A DNA stretch of 64,000 nucleotides, from NCBI RefSeq assembly GCF_006345805.1, contig NC_043018.1, forward strand, positions 19,654,001 to 19,718,000, read 5' to 3'. The position numbers and the translations under genes are program-made. Numbering within the stretch: the first letter of the stretch is position 1; the number at the start of each line of letters is the position of its first letter. This document shows, piece by piece, positions 39,380 to 52,290 of the stretch. Source of the stretch: Octopus sinensis (Eukaryota). The notes below the pieces were generated by a model, which saw nothing but the letters and a program-made list of their open reading frames with translations, ran no database searches and was not told where the DNA came from.

Positions 39380-39873
39380 TTAATATCCTTTTTCCATACT
39401 AGCATGGCACAAACGGTTTGACCAGAGCGGGCAAGCTGGGGAGCTGTACTAGGCTCCAGTTTGATTTGGCATGGTTTCTATGGCTGGATGCCCTTCCTAA
39501 ATGCCAACCACTTTACAGAGTGTATTGGGTGCTCTCCAATGTGGTGCCAGCATGGTTTTTTTTTTATATGGCACTAGCACAAGAGTTCCTTATGTGACAC
39601 TGGCACAAGTGCCTCTTATGTGGCACCAGCACAAGTGCCCCTTTTTTTTTCAGTTGTTATGAATTAATACTAAACTATCAATATTAATCATGTCCATATT
39701 AGACAAGCCATCATTATTATATTTTACCTTTTACCTTTTGCTTGTGTCAGTCTTTAAAACTGTGGCCATGCTGGGGCACCACCTTGGGACTTATTCTATC
39801 TGTGTTTTGGTGAACTGCTAAGTTATGGGGATGTGAATACACCAACACCAGTTGTGAAGTAGTGGTGGGGAGA

Positions 39874-39904
<31 letters not shown>

Positions 39905-39947
39905 CACACGTGCACACACTCATATACACACATACACACACACGACT

Positions 39948-40275
39948 CAGTGATTAGAACGTTGGGATCACAATTATGAAGTAGTGAGTTCAATACCCAG
40001 ACCAAGTGGTGTGTTTTGTTCTTGAGCAAGACACTTTATTTCACGTTGCTCCAGTTCCCTCAGCTGTAGAAATGAGTTGTGATGTCACTGGTTCCAAGCT
40101 GTAGTGGCCCCGTTGCCTTTCCCTCAGACAACATTGGTGGCATGGAGAGGAGAGACTGGCATGCATGGACAACTCCTGGTCTTCCACAAAAACAACCTTG
40201 CCCGGACTTGTGCCTCAGCGGAGAACTTTCTACGTGTAATCACATTTTCATTTGTGACCGAAGGGGGTCTTTCCC
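39948..40275 (+). mobile_element. Family G SINE
   Basis: Same body as 37633-37985. Confidence 0.75.
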
Positions 40276-41240
40276 CTTTTTTTACAGCAGGCTTCTTTCT
40301 ATTTCCATCCACCAAATCCACTCACAAGGCTTTGGTTGGCACAAGGCTACAGTTGAAGCCAATTGTCCAAGTACCGCACAGTGGGACTGAACCTGGAACC
40401 ATGTGGTTGGAAAGCAAGCTTCTTACCACACAGTCAAGCTTGTGCCTATTATTTTTGCATTCACCAACAATACCATTCGAATCCCCATAACGCTCTTTTC
40501 AATTTCCATTCACGTGTCACGCTTTCATAAAATTTTAATGAGTGATCCATCAAACTGCCTTTGCTTGCAATCAGACTTTCTTAATTTTCGTTTATGCAAA
40601 TCCATTCTGAAGTTCTGAGGTATTATTGTCATTCCCTGTCTGTTGGTGTCAGTTTTCATCTTAACATTAACATTATCAAATTGCTCATTAATCATCCTTG
40701 GATCACTTTTTATGCCAATTTTATAAAGACTCTCAGGATCTTCCTTTTAAATTTCCTTAACCATTATTCAGTAAGAAAATTACTATTTGTAAATTTCTCA
40801 TTGAGAGATATTCAGCAACAGTACTTTGGAGTAAAGATTATTTCCCAACATAACATGGCAGTCCTGGTTTAGGACAAATGTTGCTGTAATTTAGCCCCAG
40901 GAGACATCTTCTCCAGCTGGCTATACGACACGATCTATGTCCTTATATTTTCGAACAAGGGAATCTAGCACCCCCGCTCAGCTCAAAACAATATCGGTGT
41001 ATCGCGATTTCTGGGTTATTTCTCTTCATCAGTTTGGTGATTTATTATCTCCCCCCCCATAATGCCACCACCCTCTCTGTTATTTTCGTTTGGTTGGCCT
41101 GAGGCTATGGCAGAAGACATTTGCCCAAGGTGCCATGCAATGGGACTGAACATGGAGCCATGTGGTTGGTAAGCAAGCTGCTTACCACACAACCACACCT
41201 GCGCCTATAAGCTACTCCTATATATTTATGTATATATTCA

Positions 41241-41282
<42 letters not shown>

Positions 41283-42014
41283 CAAAAATAAGCAACAAGA
41301 GCACTCAGCATCTTAAATCTGCTGTAATACTTACAACTTTTAATAAAATGTTGTAGTGTGAAACAATTGTACCAAATTACCGGAGTCATTCTTGTTGCTT
41401 ATTTTTGGTTATAATCACCCCGCAAATTTTTATGGGTAACACCATACAAAATTCTGGTGCATCTAAATTAAGTACCATATTCATTTGAATCTAAATTGTT
41501 GCTGATCTTATATATATACAATTTAATTAGAATAATGTAATTATTGACAATGTTATTGAAGCCACATCAATGAATGTCACTAATTTTAAGTACATTTTAG
41601 AAAAAAGTATTTTAATTTCCATATTCAATAATACATTCTTCCAAAGAAAATCAATCAACAGCCTCCTCGTTCTATCGTCTTATGAGCTGTTGAGATGGGG
41701 AAATGGTAATGCTTATGGTCAGAGAAACAGTCAAGAATTCTTGAATGGTATGAGGTGAGATGGACTTTTTGGGTTATAGCTATGGAAGTCGGATGGTCAG
41801 TGAGTAACCAGGGCTTACTTAGATCACAGCATATATATTATATATATATATATACTTTATTTAAAGTATAAACGAGAAACTCAGAGTAACAGATTTTGTT
41901 GAATTTTCTGCTGCTTTAAATAAAGCATATTACTCTACCACTGGTATTTGAGTACTCTTTTTTCCACCTTGTTTCACATTTATGTGTTTACTCCGGTATA
42001 TATATATATATATA

Positions 42015-42421
42015 TAGGTGCAGGAGTGGCTGTGTGGTAAGTAGCTTGCTTACCAACCACATGGTTCGGGTTCAGTCCCACTGTGTGGCACTTTGGGCTA
42101 GTGTCTTCTACTATAGCCTCGGGCCGACCAAAGCCCTGTCAGTGGATTTGGTAGACGGAAACTGAAAGAAGCCTGTCGTATATATGTATATATATATGTG
42201 TGTGTGTGTGTGTTTGTGTGTCTGTGTTTGTCCTCCCAACATTGCTTGACAACCGATGCTGGTGTGTTCATGTCCCCATAACTTAGCGGTTCGGCAAAAG
42301 AGACTGATAGAATAAGTACTAGGCTTACAAAGAATAAGTCCTGGGGTCGATTTGCTTGACTAAAGGCAGTGCTCCAGCATGGCCGCAGTAAAATGACTGA
42401 AACAAGTAAAAGAGTAAAAGA

Positions 42422-42424
<3 letters not shown>
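42015..42424 (+). mobile_element. Family A SINE
   Basis: Full pattern. Confidence 0.9.
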
Positions 42425-42462
<38 letters not shown>

Positions 42463-42463
<1 letters not shown>

Positions 42464-43037
42464 CATGACCTTCGAACACTGGGCCTTATCGAGGCAATGA
42501 CTAGTGACCGAGCCCTTTGGAGATATACTGTGCTTGAGAAAACCTGATAAGCCAGGTGAGACCATAACCTGAGGTCTATGCCAGTGGGTGTAATCAGCCC
42601 ACTTATGAGTACCCCTCATTCATTGGACAATAAACTTTGCTTGTGATGACCTGTTGAGGCAAGTGAAATCAAAATCGCTGACGTGGCCGATGACAGTACC
42701 GCCTGATTGGCAGTCATGCCAGTGGAACATTAAAAGCACCATCCAAGCGTGATCGTTGCTAGGGCCGCTGATTGGTTCCTGTACCGGTGGCAGGCACGTA
42801 AAAGGCACCATTCGAGTGTGATCATTGCCAGCATCACCTTACTGGCAATATGTGCTGGCGGAACATGAAGAACAACATTCGAGTGTGGTCATTGCCAGTG
42901 CTGCCGGACTGGCTCCCATGCAGGTAGCACGTAAAAAAACACCTTTTGAGCATGGTTGTTGCTTGAACCGCCTGATTGGCCCTCGTGTGGTTGGCGTTAG
43001 AAAAGGCATCAAGCTGTAGAAACTTTGCCAGATCACA
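42463..43037 (+). mobile_element. Family B copy retaining the RTE ORF2 C-terminus and a longer 3' UTR
   Basis: HDLRTLGLIEAMTSDRALWRYTVLEKT** followed by diverged minisatellite units and GGCATCAAGCTGTAGAAAC. Confidence 0.8.
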
Positions 43038-43099
43038 TTAGGACTGAACCCAGAACCATGTGGTTGGGAATAAAGCTTCTTTCCACACAGCCACGTATA

Positions 43100-43514
43100 T
43101 ACTCTTTTTACTCTTTTACTTGTTTCAGTCATTTGACTGCGGCCATGCTGGAGCACCGCCTTTAGTCGAGCAAATCGACCCCGGGACTTATTCTTTGTAA
43201 GCTCAGTACTTATTCTATCGGTCTCTTTTGCCGAACCGCTAAGTGACGGGGATGTAAACACACCAGCATCGGTTGTCAAGCAATGCTAGGGGGACAAACA
43301 CAGACACACAAACATACACGCACACACATACATATATATATATATACATATATACAACGGGCTTCTTTCAGTTTCCGTCTACCAAATCCACTCACAAGGC
43401 ATTGGTCGGCCCGGGGCTATAGCAGAAGACACTTGCCCAAGATGCCACGCAGTGGGAGTGAACCCGGAACCATGTGGTTGCTCAGCAAGCTACTTACCAC
43501 ACAGCCACTCCTGC
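43100..43514 (-). mobile_element. Family A SINE, young subfamily
   Basis: Reverse-complement full copy. Confidence 0.9.
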
Positions 43515-43528
43515 TGTGTATATATATA

Positions 43529-43572
<44 letters not shown>

Positions 43573-44022
43573 TTATACATACACTCACGCACATATACAT
43601 ATATAATATCTTTTACGTGTTTCAGTCATTTGACTGCGGCCATGCTGGAGCACCACCTTTTAGTCATCAAATCAACTCCAGGGCTGATTCTTTGTAAGCC
43701 TTGTACTTATTCTATTGGTCTCCTGTTGAACCGTTAAGTTACGGGGACCTAAACACATCATATGTGTGTGTGTGTGCGTGTATGTCTATGTGTTGATGTA
43801 TGTATGGGTGTGTGTGCGTGTGTGTAAGCTTTTATGCCTGCCGTTATTCAGTTTTATTTCAAGATTTCTTGCCAAAAGAGCAAGAACTAGTTTCTAATCG
43901 AGATCCAAGGCTCCTACATTGGAATTCAACTTCAACAATGGTATTTTTGTATGTATGTATGTATGTGTGTATATATGTATGTATGTATGTATGTATGTAA
44001 GTATGTATGTATGTATGTATGT

Positions 44023-44350
44023 AAGCTGGACTCATGAGTCATCTTCATAGTCATAAAACGAGACAGATGAGTGACAACCTGGCCACTGGTGGTGGTGTAA
44101 CACACCATACTAATCATATCTGTCGGGCATGTGGAAGAGAGTGTAATTCGGCAGGAGGACTTAAACGACATGCAAAGGTACATGAAGCCCAGTTACAACT
44201 ACAGCCGGCTATTACCGGTAAAGGTATTAATTGCCAATTCTGTACAAGACATTGTAGATCTTTAGCTGGGCTAAAAAGTCACATTCGATCACAGCACCAG
44301 TAACAGTTAAGCTTCGTGCAATGGCCATACTCGATAACGAGGGGGCAGCC
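44023..44350 (+). mobile_element. 5'-truncated RTE-type LINE tail with two C2H2-like fingers, embedded in (TATG)n
   Basis: ORF 44034-44303: CRACGRECNSAGGLKRHAKVH and CQFCTRHCRSLAGLKSHIRSQH, then a short UTR ending GAGGGGGCAGCC like the 34145 element. Confidence 0.7.
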
Positions 44351-44979
44351 ATAATGTATGTATGTATGTATGTATGTATGTATGTATATATGCAAAGTTG
44401 TATGTTTAGTTTCATGTATGTATTCTCATGCATATAGTTGCATATCTAGACAGGCTCATATATATATTTAAATGATAAACTTTTGGAAAGTTTTGCAGAT
44501 CTTTACAGTTCCAGTGATGGATTTGGATCTGTAGTCTTCAAATCAGCTTTTTCCATTCTACTTTTAAGAAGCCTAATTCCTCAAGATTGGTAGTGTGTTA
44601 CATATTCCAGTGCCCCAGTAATTACAGGTATAAACCTGAACCTGTAATCTGGATAGGGTAACAGGTGTATGTATATATGTGTGTATGTGTTTATGTATGT
44701 ATAGTTCTGATATCAGACACATAAGAACATATATTCAAATTTATTTACCTGTACACACACACAGACACACCTACACTTACATCGCCACCCTTCTCCCAAC
44801 TCCCACATGGTTAATTCATTATCATGTTTGTTGGACATATTTGCAACATGTTTACATATGTTTCTTGTACACACACACACACACACACTCACACACACAC
44901 ATTCACACGCCACGTTTTTGTGTCATTGTCATGTTCGAGTTATAATGGAAACATGTGTTTGCCACTCTCTGTCTCTCTC

Positions 44980-45017
<38 letters not shown>

Positions 45018-45336
45018 CACATTTACGCACACACTTATGCTCTCACACACTCATGTACACACACACACACACCACACACAAACAAACATGTATAAACATA
45101 CATTCGCATACATATGCATGCACAGACACATGCGCATATATGTATGCGCATGCATGAATTCACACACACACACACACACACATACACACACACAGACACA
45201 CACAGACACACACATTTCCCTATCAGGAACAGGTGACAGCCTAACTTATTTTCTAACCCAATTTCCATGAAAATAAAAAAGATAATAAATGGAATAAATA
45301 AAAAAAATAATAAAAGGAATAAATAAATAAATAAAT

Positions 45337-45712
45337 GAGTGGCTGTGTGGTAAGTAGCTTGCTAACCAACCACATGGTTCCGGGTTCAGTCCCACTGCGG
45401 GGCATCTTGGGCAAGTGTCTTCTGCTATAGCCCCGGGCCGACCAATGCCTTGTGAGTGGATTTGGTAGACGGAAACTGAAAGAAGCCTGTCGTATATATG
45501 TATATGTATATATATATATAAGTGTGTGTGTGTATGTGTTTGTGTGTCTGTGTTTGTCCCCCTAGCATTGCTTGACAACCGATGCTGGTGTGTTTAGGTC
45601 CCCGTCACTTAGCGGTTCGGCAAAAAGAGGCCGATAGAATAAGTACTAAAAGGTGGTGCTCCAGCATGGCCGCAGTCAAATGACTGAAACAAGTAAAAGA
45701 GTAAAAAAAAAG
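45337..45712 (+). mobile_element. Family A SINE, young subfamily, with an internal deletion in the 3' half
   Basis: AAGTACT joined directly to AAAAGGTGGTGCTCC. Confidence 0.85.
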
Positions 45713-45944
45713 AGTAACGGAAAAACGAAAGAAAGATAAGAAAAATAAACAAAACAGATCACAAATAATGGTACCGGAGAGGTCCTTAACCCCTGTTCCC
45801 CCTCTCAGCCCCCCCCAGCCTGCCACTCCTTTTCTCACCAGAGTTTAGCAGACTGTTACCACTTTGTTCTCTTTAAAATTCATTTAGCTACCGATTTGGT
45901 GGTGATAGTGGTGGTGGTGGTGTCCCACCCCTACTTAGCTGTGT

Positions 45945-46505
45945 GTGTGTGTATGCATGTATGTTTGTATGTGTGTGTGTATGTATGTGTGTGTGAATGT
46001 ATGTATGTGTGAATGTATGTATGTGTGTGTATATGTATGTATGTATGTATGTGTGTGTGTATGTGTATGTATGTATGTGTGTATGTATGTATGTATGTAT
46101 GTATGTGTGTATGTATGTGTGTGTATGTATGTATGTATGTGTGTGTGTGTGTATGTATGTGTGTGTGTATGTATGTGTGTATGTATGTATGTATGTATGT
46201 ATGTATGTATGTGTGTATATATGTGTGTGTATGTATTTATGTGTATGTATGTATGTATGTATGTGTATGTGTGTGTATGTATGTGTGTATGTATGTATGT
46301 ATGTATGTGTGTGTGTGTATGTATGTGTGTGTGTATGTATGTGTGTGTATGTATGTATGTATGTATGTGTGTATGTATGTGTGTGTATGTATTTATGTGT
46401 ATGTATGTGTGTGTATGTATGTGTGTGTGTATGTATGTATGTATGTGTCTGTGTATGTATGCGTGTGAGACAATGTGTGCAAGACTCCGTGTGTGTGTGT
46501 GTGTG
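45945..46505. repeat. (TATG/TG)n microsatellite
   Basis: Directly visible. Confidence 0.95.
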
Positions 46506-46805
46506 AGGTTGTAGAGTGGTTTAGAAATTCACTTCATAATCAAGGGATTCCAAGTTCAAATCTGGTGCATGTCACCTTGGGCAAGTAGCTTTTACCAAAG
46601 GTCAAAAGATCCTATCCTGTCGCACATTGTGTCACATTAATTCTGTGATTCAGAATTATGCTAAAAGTACAAGTCTCTTTGGAATACTCATCCATCTACA
46701 CTCACACCCTAATTTAGTGAGGCGACAGTTCTGATTAGAATACCTAAAAGCTAAAACTGACCCCTTTTATCTAGCTCTGAGTGTGTACCCGAAAGTGTGA
46801 GCATA

Positions 46806-47203
46806 TACTCTTTTACTTGTTTCAGTCATTTGACTGCGGCCATGCTGGAGCACCGCCTTTAGTCGAGCAAATCGACCCCGGGACTTATTCTTTGAAAGCC
46901 CAGTACTTATTCTATCGGTCTCTTTTGCCGAACCGCTAAGTGACGGGGACGTAAACACATCAGCATCGGTTGTCAAGCAATGCTGGGGACAGACACAGAC
47001 ACACAAACACACACACATACATATATATACATATATACGACGGGCTTCTTTTCAGTTCCCATCTACCAAATCCATTCACAAGGCATTGGTCGGCCCGGGG
47101 CTATAGCAGAAGACACTTGCCCAAGATGCCATGCAGTGGGACTGAACCCGGAACTATGTGGCTGGTAAGCAAGCTACTTACCACACAGCCACTCCTGCGC
47201 CTA
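46806..47203 (-). mobile_element. Family A SINE, young subfamily
   Basis: Reverse-complement full copy. Confidence 0.9.
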
Positions 47204-47549
47204 TGTATGTATGTATGTGTGCATGTGAGAGCATGTGTGTATGCGTCTGTATGTGTGTGTATGTGTGTGTGTGTATGCGTGTGTGTGTATGCGTGTGTGT
47301 GTGTGTGTGTATGTGTGTTTGTGTGTGTGTGTGCATGCATGTGTGTGTGTGTGTGGAAACATCTGTGAGGTATTTGCTGTTCCACTTAGTTGGAAGTTAG
47401 CTTTAGTACATCTGACTGCCCCCCCCCCAGCTGTCTGTGTGTCCATCTGTTGATGGAAAAATTCAATATTCTTTAGTTTCTGTATTTTTTATTTCATTGT
47501 TTTATCTTTTCAGAGATTTTCTTATCATTAACAAAGCCATACACACATA

Positions 47550-48141
47550 AATACATATGTATGTGTGTGCCCCTGTATACATACATACATACACACATAC
47601 ATACATACATACATACATACATACATACATACACACATACATACATACTACATACATACATCACGCATACATACATACATCAACATACATGCATACCACA
47701 CACATATATACTACACAAAACCATACATACATACATACATACATACATACATACATACACACACACACATACATACATACATACATACATACATCATACA
47801 CACATACATACATACATCATACATACATACATACACACACATACATACATACCATACATACACACATACATACATACATACAACATACATACATACACGC
47901 ATACATACATACATTACATTAAATAATACATACAACAACACACACATACATACATACATACATACATACCTACATACATACATACACACACACACATACA
48001 TACATACATACATACACACACACACATACATACATACATGCATGCATTACATAACATACATACATACATACATACATACATACATACATACATACATACA
48101 TACATACATACACACAAACATACATACATACACACACACAT

Positions 48142-48191
<50 letters not shown>

Positions 48192-48205
48192 ACACAGACA
48201 CACAC
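47550..48205. repeat. (CATA/CA)n microsatellite
   Basis: Directly visible; complementary to 45945-46505. Confidence 0.95.
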
Positions 48206-48570
48206 ATCTAAAATCTTTCAGCTGTGTCCTTTTGGACCACATCTGCTTATACCAGTATTGTAATTCAGTGTGTAGTTGTTACATATTAGAATTAAACATT
48301 CTGGAGTATATATGTAATTATCATATGTGTGTATATTTATATGTCATGTAAACGTGGTTATATACACACACACACACACATACATATTTTGATATAGATA
48401 TCATCATTTAAGGTCTGTTTTCTATGCTGACTTGGTTTCTACACTTGGATGCCCTTCCTAACACCAACCACTTTACAAAGTGCAATAGAAATATACATAT
48501 ATATAGAGATAGATAGATAGATAGATAGATACATACATACATAATATATAGATATATAGATAAATAGATG

Positions 48571-48609
<39 letters not shown>

Positions 48610-48903
48610 GGCCACAGTCAAGCAAATCAACCTCAGGACTTATTTTTTGTAAGCCTAGTACTTATTTTATCAGGCACTTTTGCTGAACCACTAAGTTACA
48701 GGGACGTAAACACACCAGCATTGGTTGTCAAGTGATGTTGGGGGGACAAACACAGACACACACACACACACACGACGGGCTTCTTTAAGTTTCCGTCTAC
48801 CTAATCCACTCACAAGGCTTTGGTTGGCCTAAGGCTATAGTAGAAGACACTTGCCCATGCGGTTGGTAAACAAGCTACTTACCACACAGCCACTCCTGCG
48901 CCT
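48610..48903 (-). mobile_element. Family A SINE (small internal deletion)
   Basis: Family A motifs. Confidence 0.8.
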
Positions 48904-49097
48904 ATAATGATTGATTAAAGTAGACAGTCAACCTCAGTGAGGTTTGAACCTGGGCACATACACCCACACAGAGACATACAATGGGCTTCATTCAGTTTTC
49001 TGCCTACCAAACCCACTTACAAAGCTTTGGTCAGCCCAAGCTGCCACACAGTGATATTGAACCTGAGTTTGGAAGCAAACTTCTTTACCACACAGCC

Positions 49098-49332
49098 ATA
49101 CCTATTTCTTTACTACCCACAAGGGGCTAAACACAGAGGGAACAAACAAGAACAGACATAGGTATTAAGTCGATTACATCGACCCCAGTTCGTAACTGGT
49201 ACTTAATTTATCGACCTCGAAAGGATGAAAGGCAAAGTCGACCTCGGCGGAATTTGAACTCACAACGTAACACAGACGAAATACCGCTAAGCATTTCGCC
49301 CGGCGTGCTAACGTTTCTGCCAGCTCGCAGCC
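49098..49332 (-). mobile_element. Family C SINE monomer
   Basis: One copy of the unit triplicated at 22290-22846, plus the head GCTGGCAGAAACGTTAGCACGCCGGG. Confidence 0.85.
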
Positions 49333-49959
49333 ATACCTGTGTGTGTGTGTGTGTAAGGCTATAATATATGTCATATACATTCATACACACCTGTGTATGT
49401 GTGTGAATGATAAGTACACACACATACACACACGTGCACATACAGACATAATTGTGTGTTTCTGTGTGATATATCTACTAGCTGATAAATTTGAGTTTCC
49501 ATAGATTAAACTCTATTACTACTGATATTTACTTCTGATAAATGTTTATCGTCGTTAAAGGTCACAATAGAATCAGCGATATTTTTATGTGATAAATTGT
49601 TGCTCTTTGATATATTAGTGAGTCTACAGGACTACGGTATGTGTGACTAGATTGATACAATAGAAATACTGGCTCAGCACAAATGACAGACAAAGCGCCG
49701 TGATGTATTTAATTATCTCTCTCTGTGCTCCGGGTTCAAACCTCACCGAGGTCGGCTTTCTATTTTAATCAATCATTGACTGCAATGGCGGCGATGTTTG
49801 TGACACCTTCTAAGGTGAATACATCTGGGAATACGTCTGATCCTAATTGAAGTGGCAGCAAGTAACAACTCCCTGAAAACAGGGGTCTGGTAAAGACTGT
49901 TATGTCAGTGCTGTGGTTTAACAAAAACAGTAACTGACCTTCACTAGGGTAACGGGATA

Positions 49960-50440
49960 TATTAAGGTTGTGAGTTCGATTTCTGGCTGTGTGTTGAGTC
50001 CTTGAGCAAGACACTTTATTTCACATTGCCCCAGTCCATTAAACTGGCAAAAATTCATTATACCTGTATTTCAAAAGGCCAACCTTGTCGCATTCTGTGT
50101 CATACTGAATCTCCCTCAGAACTGTATTAACGGTTCATGTGTCTGTGGAGTGCTCAGCCACTTGCAAGTTAATTTCATGAGCAGGCTGTTCCATTGATCA
50201 GATTATACCCGTATTTCAGAAGCCTTGTCACATTCTGTGTCATGCTGAATCTCCAGGAGAACTACATTAAGGGTACATTTGTTTGTAGCGTGCTCAGCTA
50301 CTTCCACATTAATTTCAGGTCGTTTCACTGATCAGATAGTGCCTGTTTTTCCAAAGGCCAGCCTTGTCACACCCTGTGCCATGCTGAACCTTGTGAACTA
50401 TATTAAAGGCACACCTGTCTATAGAATACTCAGCTACGTT
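49960..50440 (+). mobile_element. SINE related to family G with a 3' segment of about 135-140 bp repeated three times
   Basis: CCTTGAGCAAGACACTTTATTTCAC; the CCTTGTC-CA...GCTGAA...CTCAGCTAC unit recurs near 50080, 50220 and 50360. Confidence 0.7.
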
Positions 50441-50442
50441 AA

Positions 50443-51372
50443 GGTGGTTATTCACTATATTTTCAGTTGATCAGTCAATCTTTAGGAATTAAAAGGAAAT
50501 GGTAAAAGCCATTTGGATAAACATTGGTGGCATGGAAAGCGGGGGGGGGGGAGGCTTGCATGTGTGAGCAGCTACCAGCTTTTTAGAAAACATCTTGCCC
50601 AGGCCATCACATACATATAGAGGTATGATTAACATTGGCCAACAGAGACCCCCCCCCTAATTAATGTGAATTGGGTTAGCAATCAAAAGAGAGTAAACAT
50701 TGCCCTGTCTTTGGAATACTCAGCTACATCCACATTAATTTCATGCTGCAGGCTGATCTGTTGATTGGATCAACTGAAGCCTTCAATGCCATAATGGAGA
50801 GAATGCCAGTTGTAGGATTTGACTTTGGATGTTTCAACATTTCTCCTTTTCTCTTTCTCCCTTTCTCTTTCTTCCTTCCTCTTTCCCTTGCTTTCTCCCT
50901 CACTCTATCTGTATCTATCTGTATATTTCTGCATGTGTGTGCTGTTCACCTCCAGTGCCAAAAAGCACGACCACAAGAACAACTCCAATGTCCAGTAATC
51001 TGTTTCCGAACAGCCAGATCCACTCATCTCATTCTGGTCAGCAGCAGTTCTCCAAAGACAGGGTTAGAGTAACAACTTTTAGATCAGTGCTATATTTACC
51101 AAAAACAACAACTGACCCTCATTTGTTTGCTCCCTTTTAATTGCTAACCCAATTCACATTAATTAGGGGGTCTCCGTTGGCCTATGTTAATCATACCTCT
51201 ATATGTATGTGATGGCTTGGGCAAGATTTTTTTCTAAAAAGCTGATAGCTGCTCACACATGCAAGTCCCCCCCCCACTTTCCATGCCACCAATGTTTATC
51301 CAAATAGCTTTTACCATTTCCTTTTAATTCCTAAAGATTGACTGATCAACTGAAAATATAGTGAATAACCAC
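50443..51372. repeat. Inverted repeat with arms of about 250 bp (50443-50698 / 51122-51372), TTAA at both outer ends
   Basis: GTGGTTATTCACTATATTTTCAGTTGATCAGTCAATCTTTAGG... and its reverse complement; roughly 90% identity by eye. Confidence 0.85.
50956..51062 (+). CDS. Candidate internal exon (P)KSTTTRTTPMSSNLFPNSQIHSSHSGQQQFSKDR; strand uncertain
   Basis: Long pyrimidine tract ending CCTCCAG; weak donor AGG|GTTAGA; an open minus-strand frame ending GAG|GTGAAC also exists. Confidence 0.25.
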
Positions 51373-52258
51373 TTAAAAGCTTTGTCAGAGTCCAACAAAT
51401 CAACTACATATGTGTGTGTGTGTGTATTTGTGTATTTGAGGTACCATTGGTTTTATGTTAAGAAAATATCTCAGCAATTCTTCAAGCCAATCACAAAGAA
51501 AAAATGGTATTTGTCTCCATTTTGGAGTGTTTTTATCCAAAATGGAGGTGAACACCAATTTTACTATGTGATTGGCTTGAAGAACTATTGAGATAGTTTC
51601 TTAACATGAAACCAAATCTAGTCTTAATGCAAAAATAAAGAATCTTTATCCACCAATACAGTATTGAGCACTCATTTTCATTGTTTATTATTTACATGTA
51701 TATGTATGTATGTATGTATGTATGTACATACACACATGTGTGTATAAACTAATGTAACATTTGTTAATGGTACAATGCTCCTGGTGTGAAATGATGTTTC
51801 AACTTTAAATCAATCCTGATTAAGCAGATCTTTAATCAAAGACATATACTTTCAGCTGTAGCCTTCTTATTTGTTCAAACCCAGGGAAGCTTTGATCAAG
51901 CGGATCAAAAACAAGCTGTGACCATCTGTCGTTTTTTTTTAAAGGCATAGTTTATCCAATTGCGTTTGGTTTGAGGCAGATTTAACTTCTATTTTTAGCA
52001 GGTTGAATGACCACATTGAAGCTCAATGCTTCTTCTGCTCTGTTGTGACCTCTGTTATTCCATGGTGCTTTTGTAATTCTAGAGCATCTTGGCCAACAGA
52101 GAGACTTGGATGTTTTGATCCTGGAGGGAAGCCCTATCTTCCTTTTATCTTCTGTCAGTCATTGGATTGTGGTCATGCTGGGGCACCAGCTTACCAAATC
52201 AACACCAGTACTTATTTTTTTCAAAAGTCTGATACCTGTTCTATCAGGATCTTTTGCG

Positions 52259-52290
52259 TTACATTTCGAGCATAGGCTCTTCTTCAGGAA
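52259..52290 (-). ncRNA. Degenerate minimal hammerhead-like motif
   Basis: CTGAAGA-A-GAGC-CTAT-GCTC-GAAA-TGTA on the minus strand. Confidence 0.4.
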
